Position numbers and translations under genes: made by a program. Positions 50,611 to 62,711 of a DNA stretch of 64,000 bases are shown here, piece by piece. The DNA is from Sarea resinae (lineage: Eukaryota), in contig JAPEUD010000014.1 in NCBI GenBank assembly GCA_026026165.1, positions 310,001 to 374,000 of the forward strand. Reading direction: 5' to 3'. Positions within the stretch are counted from its first letter, which is position 1; every line of letters begins with the position of its first letter. Below the pieces are notes generated by a model, which was given only the letters and a program-made list of their open reading frames with translations, was not told the DNA's origin and ran no database searches.

Positions 50611-51575
50611 CTAGAGAATGGTACACTTCCGGTTCCTCGACCTCTTGCTGCCGCTGGATCCGGACGAATAGCCACTCGGGCCATAGCCGGACACTTTTCT
50701 CTCCTCCACACCGACGGCCATGGTGACGGCGAGATCGAAGATGTCGTCCACGCCGTTCATCTCCTTGCTGCTGCACTCGCAGTAGGTCGCGCCCATGCGG
50801 TCCGCGACCGCTTGCCCTTGTTGCGGCGTCACGGGGGTCAGGCCTTGCGTCTTGAGGAGATCGATGCAGGTGCGTTTGTTGCGGAGGTCGGATTTCAGAC
50901 CGACGAGGATCAGGGGCGTCGTTGGGCAGAAGTGCGTCACTTCGGGGTACCACTGAGCATGGCGTATTAGTATTAGGTCTTGATTGATCGGACGGAAGAT
51001 GCTTCTCACCTTGTCCATGACATTTTCCAAGGAGTTGGGACAGTCGATGGCGAAGCACACGAAGATGAGGTCTGTTTCGGGGTATGAGAGCGGTCGCAGA
51101 CGGTCGTACTCTTCCTGGCCTGCAGTGTCCCATAGGGCGAGCTCGACTGATTTTCCGGTCGTGGGGTGGATGGTGTTGGTGATGTAATTTTCGAAGACCG
51201 TGGGAACGTATTTCTGCGTGTGGTCAGAACACCATGAACCCCTAGTCAAGATGAAAAGTGGAAGAGGGGAACTCTTACCTCTGGGAAATAGCCTTGGCTG
51301 TAGCTGATCAGGAGACACGTCTTTCCACATCCGCCATCGCCCACGACGACCAGCTTCTTCGAGTACTCTGGCGGCTGGGTGATGTTCGTGGCGGCCGAGT
51401 CTCGGCCCGTCGAATCGATGCTCATGTCTGTGCTGATGGTACCATCACTCGCGCGCGCGCTCTCTTGACGGACAGGCTTGCGTCGCGGCGAGATGGACGA
51501 GGTCGAGGTGTGGACTCGACGGGACTGTTGACGGCGTGGATAGTCATACGCTTGGTCATGCGTGGCGGCGGCCAT
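50611..51575 (-). CDS. RHO4: Rho-family GTPase, Rho4 type
   Basis: [53 protein letters not shown] and CAAX CTIL. The N-terminal extension is typical of Rho4. Confidence 0.88.
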
Positions 51576-52399
51576 GCTTGTGGTATGGGGAATTGTCTCG
51601 TTGAGGAAAGCGCGGCTGTGATGGAGGCAGAGAGAGGAGACTGGAATGTGGATGGGAAGTGACGAGAAGAGAGAGGGAGGGAGGTTGGGCTTATCAAGTG
51701 GCATTCACTGCTGCCAGCTGGACCATCGTCACTTCCGCTTCGGCCCAGTGTTTGGGCAACGGCTGTTGACGCAGCAACGGCCTCACGCGGGAGCCCATTG
51801 GGGCATGGCCCCTCTCCCCCTCGACGCCTCGCCCATCAATAGCATCTGGAGATCATCAACGGATAGCAATATCAACACATGGAGATGATCTCGATATGGC
51901 TCTTCTAGATCTTCTACGACAGCGTCATGCCCTCCCGAGTGACGATGAAGCGTAGATGGAATGGAATCAGAACATCCATCTCGCAATCCGATGGTCCTCT
52001 GCGTGCTCTCGCGCACCGTACTGCGTCTTGAATTGTCATCTCATCTCAGCTCGCTCGGATCGCCTCCGACGATACCGAATCGGTCGAGGTGGTACCTCCG
52101 CCAGACCTGTGATAGGGAACATTTCCCACCACCTCGACCATCTTGACCACTTGGACCACTTGGACCACTCTGACTGTGACCCCCTCTGATCACTCAGCCC
52201 CGACCAGATATCTGCTCTCGACCCCTCTTCAGGACTTCTCTTTCTCCCTCGGCATCGAGCTCATTCATGCATGGCGCTCTTGCCATTAATTTCTCTTCTC
52301 ACTTTCTCTCCGCTGCATCCGCTTCTCTTCTGAGATAGCATCATAGGAGAGCCATCGCATAGCACCATCCCGTTGAACAGATCCCCACCGCATGCCTCA

Positions 52400-54549
52400 A
52401 TGCATTCCGCCAATGGCTTCACGTCGCATCCGGAAATGAAGACGGTCAAGACGGTCAACGCGACGACGATCAATATCCCTGAAGATGCGCCGGTCGCTGG
52501 ATTACGGAGTCTCGATCACTGTATGTGTTTTGCGACGTTCGGAGTCATGAGATCGTGTGGTTCCTTTCCAGACCATCATGTTATCCGATCAACGAATAGC
52601 GCAATGCTGACCTTGGCCGCCAGACAAGAACAGATTACCAAAATGGCGATACGGTTCACGCCAGAAGGTGATCCCGTTGGTTCGATGGGAGACTCCTTAT
52701 CTGGCCTGGATACAGAAACGAGTGCGCTGTGCGGCCCTGGATTCTTATTTCGCCGTCACCGCCAACCTTGGAACGCATACTTTCTTCATGGTGTTTCTGC
52801 CAATACTGTTCTGGTGTGGATACACAAGCTTAGGACGGGGGTAAGTCCACCTCTATTCGCGCGTTGGCTCAAGCTGACGGTTTTGCGCTTTGCAGGCTAG
52901 TTCACATCTTGGCTTCCGGGGTGTTCTTCAGTGGCTTCCTCAAGGACATGCTTTGCCTACCGAGACCTCTTTCACCCCCTCTTCAACGCATCACCATGTC
53001 CGGCTCCGCAGCGCTTGAATATGGCTTCCCTTCGACTCACTCTACAAATGCTGCTTCCGTGGCAGTATACGCGCTCTTCTTACTTGGCTCCCCAACGTCA
53101 ACGGCCCACCCGAAAACTACGCTTTTGCTAGAAATAGGTTGCTATGCATACGTTCTTTCGATTCTTCTCGGCAGACTATACTGCGGCATGCACGGCTTTA
53201 TGGATGTGGGGATAGGCAGCGCTATTGGTGCTCTGCTGTCCGTGCTCCAATGTGTCTACGGAGAGGCCTTTGACGAATACCTACATTCTTCATCTTGGGT
53301 GGCACCGCTCACGATCGCGGTCATCATCATAACTCTAATTCGAATCCATCCGGAACCGGCAGATGATTGCCCGTGTTTCGATGATAGCGTTGCATTTGGG
53401 GGCGTCGTCATCGGGCTGGAGGCTGGAAACTGGCATTATGGTAACAGTGGCTTGGCTTGGAATCACCCCGCTCCCGCCACCGTCCCGTTCGACCTCCAGC
53501 AGATGGGGTGGTTCAAGGCGATTGCGCGCATCCTAGTCGGTGTGCTCATTATTTTCCTCTGGAGGGAGGTGATGAAGCCCCTTTTGTTGAGGGGATTACC
53601 TCCATTGTATCGAATCTTTGAGAAGATGGGGGTGAGTCTTCCTCGGAAGTATTTCATCAAGGCCTCGTAAGTCCCTCTATGTGTACGAATTCCGATGGCT
53701 TTAACACCGAACGCAGCCAATATAAAGAAGTCCCGGCCCACCTGAAAGTCGACAATGTCTTCCCGTCCGTCTCCGACCTCCCCTCCCTTCTCTCATCCAT
53801 GCGACATCCCAGAAAGCGCGCCATCTCAGTCGGTCCCCAGTCCGCAGCTGACGCCTACGAAACTCTCGCATACCGTGAAACGCGCCGACGAGAAAGCATT
53901 TCCGCAGGCCGGAAGCGCACCAAATCGCACTCGCACGCCCACTCTCATCGTCGAAGCGAGAGCGTGCCGGAAGACGTCAACGGTGACGGCAGCCACGGAG
54001 GGGGCAATTACTTTCCCAGCTTGGATTCCCTCGAAAAGAATCCTCCATCCGTCACGACGGCCCTGTCACGGCCATATGAGTCCAGAGACCAGATCAACCA
54101 ACACCTCCATCTTCATATTCCGTCCACACCACACCTCCCAAGAGTCAATTCGTATGAGCGCATGATGGGCAGTGGCTCGGTCATCGTCACGCCCGCGAGT
54201 CCCTCGACCCCTGGCTCTGTCACCGCGGGCGAGACCTTTACTATCGGCAGTGTGCCGTCGTCTTCGTCGTCGTCCGATGGCTCCGAGTCCGCGACGCAGG
54301 AGAACGAAAAGGAGACGCGCGAGATGTTCTCGAGATTGCAGAAGCCGCGAGTTCGATATGATGTCGAGGTTGTGACGAAGCTGATTGTTTATTCTGGTAT
54401 GTCTGTTCTTTCTTGAAGAAGCACGCCTTGTGTGGGTATCTTGGCTGATCATTCGTGCCGTGGCTGTAGGTATCGCTTGGTTGGCTGTCGAGGGCAACCC
54501 GATCCTTTTCGATCTTGTGGGTCTGGGCATGGGCAAGCAAACGCGATGA
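52400..54549 (+). CDS. LCB3: Sphingoid-base-phosphate phosphatase (PAP2 family, Lcb3/Ysr3-like)
   Basis: KDMLCLPRPLSPP, EYGFPSTHSTNA, GRLYCGMHGFMD, HPEPADDCPCFDDS and PRVRYDVEVVTKLIVYSGI. Four introns. Confidence 0.88.
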
Positions 54550-54872
54550 TAGGTGCAACGTCTACAGGACGGTAATGCGGATTTTCTCTGATTGTTCATT
54601 TTCCTCTATAACCATCTTCTTCCGATTCTCGTGAACCACTTCTTTTCTCCGATTCTCTTGAGTCGCTTCTTAATTCTCTTCTCTTTTTTTCCCATCCCCC
54701 TTTCTCTTCTCTGATCCCTTAATTCACCCTAGATTTCCCAAACAGGGTCAGCCCAGCCCAGCCTAGTCCGACTCTAGCTAGCTAGCTCTTCACACGACAT
54801 GTCCGGTGCCTGCGCATCTGTCCGCTTGCACTTGGTTGTATGCATGCAGAACACATACAGGTTACATACAGA

Positions 54873-54873
<1 letters not shown>

Positions 54874-54910
<37 letters not shown>

Positions 54911-55180
54911 CTACACATACACTTAACATACATTCACCTAAACATAAGAGCATGCCTAGCTATTCTCTATCTCCTTTTCTTTCTTTCTTTCTGCTAAGTC
55001 TTAGGTGTCTTTCCCTTCTTCTTTCTCTCTTGTCTTCTTTATGTATGTTTTGTAAGCGAGTTCAAGATAGTAAGAAAGGAGGGCGGAGAGATAATAGGCG
55101 AGGTTTCCTTGTTGTATAAGAGTAAGAGTAAGAGTAAGAGTAAGAGTAAGAGTAAGAGTAAGAGTAAGAGTAAGAGTAAG

Positions 55181-55229
<49 letters not shown>
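54874..55229. repeat. Microsatellite cluster: (CA)n, (TAAGAG)11 at 55117-55182, then (AG)n
   Basis: Counted directly in the sequence. Confidence 0.9.
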
Positions 55230-55235
<6 letters not shown>

Positions 55236-56466
55236 GGTAGTAGAGAGAGAGGTTGTAGTGTACAACAAAGCAATACATACTAGGTAGGATAATAGGCTAT
55301 AGGGCTAGCTATAAAGAAACAGTATATTGCAAACCCAGATGATATCTTCTTATAGTGAAATTAGAATCACAGTGATTATTCTAGTAGTTAGAGACTTAGG
55401 AGTTTAGATAGATTTCTAGTCCTCTACCTCTCTCTCTTTAGAGAAGCTCCTATCTATCTATATATATATCACTAATAGTTAGTAAGAAGATAGAAAGAAA
55501 AGAAGAAAAGAAAAGAAAAGAAAAGAAAGTGAGTAAGTACCTACTCAAGTAAGAATAAGTAGGTTAATATCTTAGATCTACTTTGTTAAGTGGTTCGTTG
55601 ATTTCTTCATTGATTGATTGTTTAATTGATTAATTGTTTTGTTTAATTAATAACACCCTAATGCCTCTGCTCTTATCTCCTATGTGTGCTTCTACAGCCA
55701 CTTTACTTTACTGCTACTTTACTTTACTTTACTTTTCTTTATAATCACTATTATCGCACTATCACCACAACTAGCTACCTTAGGTAGGTAGGTAGGTAGA
55801 TTGCTAAATAGCTAGTCGACTAGTTAACTAGCTAGCCTGTCTATCTGCCTGTCTGTCTGTCTGTCTGCTTAGAAGAAAACAGAAAACAGAAAGAGAAAAC
55901 AGAAACAGAAACAAGAATCAGAGAAGAGAAGAGAAGAGAGAGAAAAACCACAGGAAGAAAAAAAGGAGAAAGAGGAAAAAACAAAAGGGAAAACGTGTAC
56001 GCCAACTAGCTAGCCAGTCAGTCAGCCAGCCAGTCAGTGGAGCAAAGGAGCAAAGGAGCAAAGGAGCAAAGGAGCAAAGGAGCAAAGAAGCAAAGACGAG
56101 AGCGCCGTAGGCCTTTGACTCGACTCGACCTTTTCCTGTTGATATCTTATGAAAAGAAAGAAAAAACCCCGTAGCCGAATTTCTTTTCAAAAGCCTGCTT
56201 CCCATTCCCTGATACGACAAACACGCATACGCTCACGCACATGCACACGTACACGCACACGTACACGCACACGCACGCGGACATGTATACATACATACAC
56301 ACACACAGACAGACAGAGGAACAAGCAAACAAGCAAGCAAGCAACGGGCGCCTGGTATCCGTCCGGACAGCAAGGAGAGTCGCGGAAAGCAGAAAGAAAA
56401 AAAAAAGTCGTCACAAAAGGCAAAAGGCGAAAAGAATCCAACCCAGCAAACGACCCACGCGCCCCA

Positions 56467-56775
56467 TCATTCACTGACTCCGCCGACATCGCCCTCCTCG
56501 ACCATAACGCCTTCGTACCACCCATCCCGGCCCGCAACCCTGCTTTCGCCTCGCGGCTCGACCGCCATGCCCTCGCCCTCGCCCCGCTCAACCCAGTCCT
56601 CATCGTTGTTGATCTCCTTCCAGATACGCTGGAAATACATGCGCAGCGTGCGCAGGCCGAGGAGATAGCCCCTGTCGACGCCGTCCGGTACTTTGGGCGG
56701 ACACGGCACCGACGACGGGATCGAGTCTTCTGCCGTCACGCAATTTGCGAAATCCACGATTTTGATCTTGATGTC

Positions 56776-56806
<31 letters not shown>

Positions 56807-59800
56807 GGCGCCGCTGCTGCCGTGTCGCCTGCGGCTTTGGGTTGGCGGTGTTTGGATTCGCTGTGGGAGGTGGATGGCGACTGTTCCTCGTGATTAGCAG
56901 CCACATCTTCCTTACCGGTGGCGGTGCCAGCCGAGGCCTTGTTGTTCTGGCCGTCATAGAGCATGAGCAAACTACTAGCGTAAAATCGATAGCCGGGCAA
57001 ACTGCGAATGATTGCCTCGAGGCTAGAGATCTTCTCCAAGATGACCGGAATACGCTTCGAGACGCTCGAATAGCTGACGCCATCGTAGAGGAACCTCGTC
57101 AGCGCGTCTTGGAACTCCCGACCGGCTTTGAGATCGCGGCCAAAGTATTTGTCCTCGAAGTCGTACGACTGTGTTTTCGCGTTCCAGACCTGCATGCCGC
57201 ACACACGCACGCCCAGCTCGCGAGATGTCGTCATTCGGCATTTCCGCCGTTGGGACCGCTTTTTGCGTTCGTTGGCCTCGAGGCCGTATTGTCGTGTTCC
57301 CATCTTAAGATCCAGCACGCAGGGCTTTTGCATGCCGGCTGTGAGATCCTCCAGGAGCAGGAAATGCTGCACTCGCTCGTCAGGTTGAGTTTGTGCTTGC
57401 TCGGGGTTTACCGGCCCTCGATCAGACTCATGGTAATGATTGGGATTCATGATGGTTGCGGGAATATCCGAAGTGTCAAGCTCCGTAGCAGACGAAAACT
57501 TGTCGGCTCTCGGTGTCCGGACGAGATCCATGTTGCTTTCTTGATCGGGCGCCGACGACGACGATAGTGCCGGCGTCGTCGCGGCTTCTTCGTCCATCAT
57601 AAAAACTTCATCTTCATGATCACCGCGATACCCATCGTCCTCGATGTATCTGAGGCTTTGCTCGCCGCCATCTCCGACAGGCCTTGACCGTAAGCCACCG
57701 CCAGAATGGCGTCTCTTGATTTGACCTTTTGCTAGACGCGGATCATTCGCAAACCGAGTGTATCCAGTATAAGAATTGTCCTTGACCTTGCCGCCAAGAC
57801 CAGGTGCCGATTCATGTCCAGTAGATGCAACATGCGCTCGGTCCTCCCGAGGGTGACATAAGCGCTCGGTTTCGGACTTGAGGACCATCTTTAGATTCAA
57901 CTCGTCTTCTGGGACCAACCTGTCATCACTGTGTGACGATGCAGTGTGCGGTCGCGGTGGGAGAGTTCCAGTTTCCGATGTTGCGTTGCGATGCCCCCTC
58001 CCTGATTCGGTTCTTGGCATGACAAAATGACTGCGGGCATTTCGGTGGTGACGATGCGTAGTCGACGGTCCAAAAACTTCTCGTAGGACTTGCTCCTGTA
58101 GCTTTCTATTTACGGTCGTAGCGCCCCAACTAGAGTACTGCTTCAAGGATGGTCTCGATGAAGAACGATTGTGGGCATCACTGATTGCCTTACCCGAAGC
58201 CGCACCAAGGGAGCTGCTGTGCTTCCTTGCCCGCGACATGCTCTCTCCATTCAGAGACGCAGACAGCTTAGAATCATGGGAGCGTAGCGAAGAACGTGGT
58301 GAACGGCGGAAGAGACTCTCTGGAATGATGTGCCTGTTGTTCTCGAAGATGACCTGTGGTATTGGTGTGGGTTGTTGGGAATGGCTGACAATCCGAGGTT
58401 GATCCTCTGTCTGAGCTGAATTGCCCGATGAGTGGTGATTCTCGGCGGGTAAGCCTTCCGCGCCGTCCTGAGATGTTGGCTCCGTTGACGCTGTATGATT
58501 CTGACCAGCCATGTTGTCCTTGATCGTCTTCTTTCGCTTGGGAGCTTTTCGATAGGTCACATTTAGCACTCCAATATATCTATAACGATCAGCATATTTC
58601 TTTTCAATGTTATGGCGGACCAAGAACGGAGAAGCTCCGTTTTCTTTTCACAAACAAGAACACCAAAAACAATCACGTAGCACCCACCTTGGCAGGAACT
58701 TCAAAAGCTCTGGATGTCTCCTCTCGACAGACTCGTAAAATTCATTCTCTCGATTGCTTAGCTGCTTGCAGACAGCTTTGCGGGAAAACCGAAATACCGT
58801 CGTATGTCCGCCAACCTGGTGACTATAAGGCTTGAGTTCGACAGCACTCAAAGGCGCCGGCGAAGGATGATGATGATGTAATCTTCGATGTTTGTGCTGA
58901 GTGAGTAGGCTATGACCGGTCGGTGTAGCAGTGGGAGTAGCGTCAGGATCGTCCGTCAGACTGGATTCGTCTTGCATCGATCGTGGAGTCTCGTCCCATG
59001 ACTCGTATTCGGCCTCTGAAGCCGACGAAGGCCCAAGCTCGGACAATGACGCATACGGTTGATCGGTAGTCTTATCTGAAAATCCATTGGACATCTGAAG
59101 ATCTCCATAGAGACGCCGATTATCATCCTTTGATTGTAGGGATATCTCAACTTCACTCGAAAGCGATTTGTCACCATTGAGCTTCCAGTCGCGGGCTTGC
59201 TTTTCCTCATCGCTTTTGACAGACAAGCGGCGATCCTTCAAAGGATCAGCGCCTAATTCGTCTGCAGATGTGCCTTTGGCATCCTCTTCAGAAGGACCCT
59301 GATGGGGAAAATACAAAGCAGAAGATATCTGCTCCTTGTCTGATTCGAAGTCATCATCCTCTCCAATCACGGACGATTTTCCTTCCGGAGATTCTTGTGT
59401 TTCGCTTCGTGCAGATTCACTGGACCCATGTTCGTGGGCCTCTTTGGCGTGTTTATGGACGGCGACGGAAGCTCCATGTCTCTCGGAATACGGAGTAGGG
59501 ATGCTCATGGAAAAAGACGTCCCGTGTTCGGCACCAGGAGTGATGTTATGTCTGTTACGAATTTCCTCGAGGAGTCGTAATGGGAAAGTATGGGAGATGA
59601 TGCTTTCGGAAGCATCCTCGGTATTTCGCCGATCCAATAGGGACAGACTTGCTTCATCACCGCCGTTTAGCTCTGGCTTGAGTTGCGTTTGAGGAGAATA
59701 TAGCGAAGTCGAAGATCCGGTGGACACGGTCACCGATCTTTGCTTTTGCTGTGAAGAGGACATGGACTGATGCGCTTGTAAAGCGGGTATTACGTGGGTC

Positions 59801-60882
59801 GGGCGCGGGACTTGAATCACCTGGTCTGTTTCACTCCACGGCCGAGAAGCGCTTTCAGTCATGGCCCGGTGCGGCGTCCGTGAATTCTCGTTCTGCCCAA
59901 TTGCTCCCCGGGCGTCGTGACTCTGGTCCTTCTCCATACGTGGTTTGGCTCGATCGTCTCGTTTCTTCTGCTCTTGCGAAGATGTATTTTCCTTGAAAAG
60001 ACCCAAGTAGTGGCTGGTCTTCCGGCTCCTGGAATTTAGATTTGGCTCCGTGTTTGCCATGGTCGCCTCAATCTTCTTCTCCACCTGCTTCTTGCCATTC
60101 TCGCGAGTCGAGTTTCGCTCCGCTTCACTACTATCCGTATTCACTGCCTCGGGTCCCGCGCGTCCGCCAATGAGGTTGATCCCTAAGATATGAGATCCGC
60201 TAGCATCATCCTTTCCTTCATCCGACATGTGCTGAAAGTAACCTTCACGAGATCCGAAAGGGCCTGCAGCTGGGGAACGGTCTGCGGATATGGTGGATGA
60301 AGAAGAGGTCGAACTCTGCGGGCGGTGAGTGCGCTTCTGTGACCCTCCGCTCTCAATCGCCTCGGAGCTTCGTGGGTCGTGACGGTATCGAGTCGGTGGG
60401 TTCGATCTACTGTGTCGATCTGTCCGAAATTTCTCGCCAAGGGCGAAGCTCTCAAGAGGTGTTATCGAGGCAGGCCTTGTCCTCTCCCACAACGGTGAAG
60501 GGTCCGAGGGTTGATGCGTGGAAACATCCATGTCTGAATCGAGACCGTCTGGCTCCAGACTGAAAACATTGTTATCGCCTTCCTTGGTGGGCACGAATTG
60601 AGGAGAATTGGTCGTGCTGTCCGTGGTAAGGTAATGGGTCGCGAAGATGCTGTCTCTTTCGGACAGTTGCGGTGTTTGCTCTTTTGAGAGGGCAGGTACG
60701 TTCAACGCTGTTGGTAAGGTCTTCGCCCGTATTGGCGGAGCATTTCGAGCAGGAGGTGTTATCGGCGCCGTCGGCCGTTCCGCCAGCGGCAGGGATGCAT
60801 CCCGGCCGTCCTTGGAGGACTTGAAGGGACTCACCTTCGGGGAAGGGGAGGAGACCTCGGAAGCAGGAGGGGGATTTGACAT
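56467..60882 (-). CDS. KCS1: Inositol hexakisphosphate kinase (IPK family, Kcs1-type)
   Basis: ELKPYSHQVGGH...FLPR/YIGVLNV, FLLLEDLTAGMQKPCVLDLKMGTRQYG, SSLLMLYD and IVDFAN, with a long disordered N-terminus. One intron, 58687-58580. Confidence 0.93.
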
Positions 60883-62711
60883 GAGAGGGACATTGATTGA
60901 CGTCTATGGAGGCGTGGCACGGATGAGCTGATGAGATTGGGTGCCGCCGCTGGGAGGGGGGGCCGGAGGAGGGAGAGGGGGAATGGATGTGATGGAAGTG
61001 ATGGAAGTGATGAATGTGATGGCAAATTCCGGATAGGCCTGGAAAAGGCAATGATTTCACACTCGAATGATTCTACTGCAGAAAGAATATCGTCCAAGTC
61101 TTCTTTTCTCACAGTAGAGCGTCGAGTGCAGAGGGGCGAGAGGGGATGGCGCCGAGCCAGAGCCAGCGCTGGGGGCACGTCTCTGGGGTACGAATGCTAG
61201 TTTGCTCCTCTACTGCGCACCTACGAACGATGGCCTTTTCCCGCAGGATCGGGAAAAGAAAGGTCTCGGGGAATTGGTGCCACTGCAGGTGATGGCCAGG
61301 ATGGAGATAGGCGTTGAAGCGGCCAAGTGTTGCTACCGGAGAGGGTGTGTGCGCTTTCGGGCTTCTCACTGGACGATGAGGGCGAAGAGGATGAGGATTG
61401 GATGAGCATTGGAGGAGGAGCATGAGAGAGAGAGAGAGAGAGAGATGGCAATAAGAAATGTACGCCGTATGCGTGCAATGGAGCAGGATTGGGAATATGA
61501 CGGAGACGACCTGTGAGAAGGGCAAGAAATGGCTGCAGATGCTGGTACCGATAGTCGCTTGTCGCTGTCTCTAGGCCCGGAGAGGTAATGGACGAGCAGA
61601 ACAGAACAGAACAGACCGCCCCTTGATCTTTGGGCCTTGGGGCTCACCGTCTGGTGGTCAGTGCTGGTCAGTGTTTTTGGTGAGGGATACCGCGCGTTCA
61701 GGACGGACTACCTGATCCAAGGTCTCTCGTGTGCCATCACGGCGAGAACTCGGACATTGTTGGGCATGCACAGCAGTGAGGGTACACCCTATCTGGTACC
61801 CAGCCCAACGGATGGAGTACTGTCCCGAGCGTAAGGCGCCGAGGTCGAATTACTGAGTCCATAGTAGAAGAGCAGCAGTGGTGAGGACGGTACTTCGTGG
61901 GTACGCCAACAGGGGAGAGCAAAGCACCATGAACAAGTGTACCGAAGCAGGTATCGCCAGCAATCTCTCGTGATCCTCTTTCTCCGCCACTGCTACAATA
62001 CCTTAGGTATGCGTAAATTCAATTCCATTCGCAACGGTCAATCATGATGATATTCCGCACACCTTGCATCACGCCGCCGCATTGCTTTTCCCCCTTAGCG
62101 CAATTGAGATGCACAGATCAACACGGATCGTGGGATGGGATGGGATGGGATGGCGCCATCCCACATTCTATCGATGATGATGATGAGGATGATGATGATG
62201 ATCCGGGGTCCTCCGTGCCGCGTGTGCGGCGTATGGTGCATGGCCCGCCAGGTACCTCGACTCCAATCATCGACGGCAAAGCAACAACGTGCTTCAGTGC
62301 TTCACCGGCACGCCCTTGCTTGCCTGCAGATCGTGGTCCGTGGATGCGGCATCCCGAGAGCGGACAGTGTACTACTGACTGCCTATCCAATGGAGCCGAG
62401 GACTCTCTCCCTGTGCTGGTAGGAACAGGAACAGCGTGAGGTGCCGTGTAGCAGCCGCTGTTGCCTTTTCGGGATAGAGAGCGTTGATCTTCAAGCCTCC
62501 TCCATTCGGTCTGACGGACACTACACAGTGTGGTCGAGCTGGAGGCACGCAAGCAGCAAAACAGGCCTTCGCAAGTTCGCTTCTACCTAAATCATCCATT
62601 CTGACCATACACAATACTCGTTCCTAAGGTACTTGAGAAGACTATAGATAAGGTACAAGACCGAAATGCCCTTCATCTTGTCTCCCCAACACCCTTCTGT
62701 TATGCCATCGT

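Noticed and set aside
55117..55182. Possible telomeric repeat or CRISPR-like array
   Set aside because: The unit TAAGAG is not TTAGGG, and there are no unique spacers or cas genes; the context is eukaryotic.
55001..55278. ORFs encoding (LS)n/(LT)n/(YS)n and poly-L
   Set aside because: Translation of the (TAAGAG)n and (AG)n microsatellites.
56149..57567. 472-aa plus-strand ORF
   Set aside because: Antisense shadow of the GC-rich KCS1 kinase domain extended by simple repeats; no recognisable motifs.
60900..62700. Short ORFs upstream of KCS1 as candidate genes or uORFs
   Set aside because: Low-complexity sequence with unknown transcript start; cannot be supported from sequence alone.
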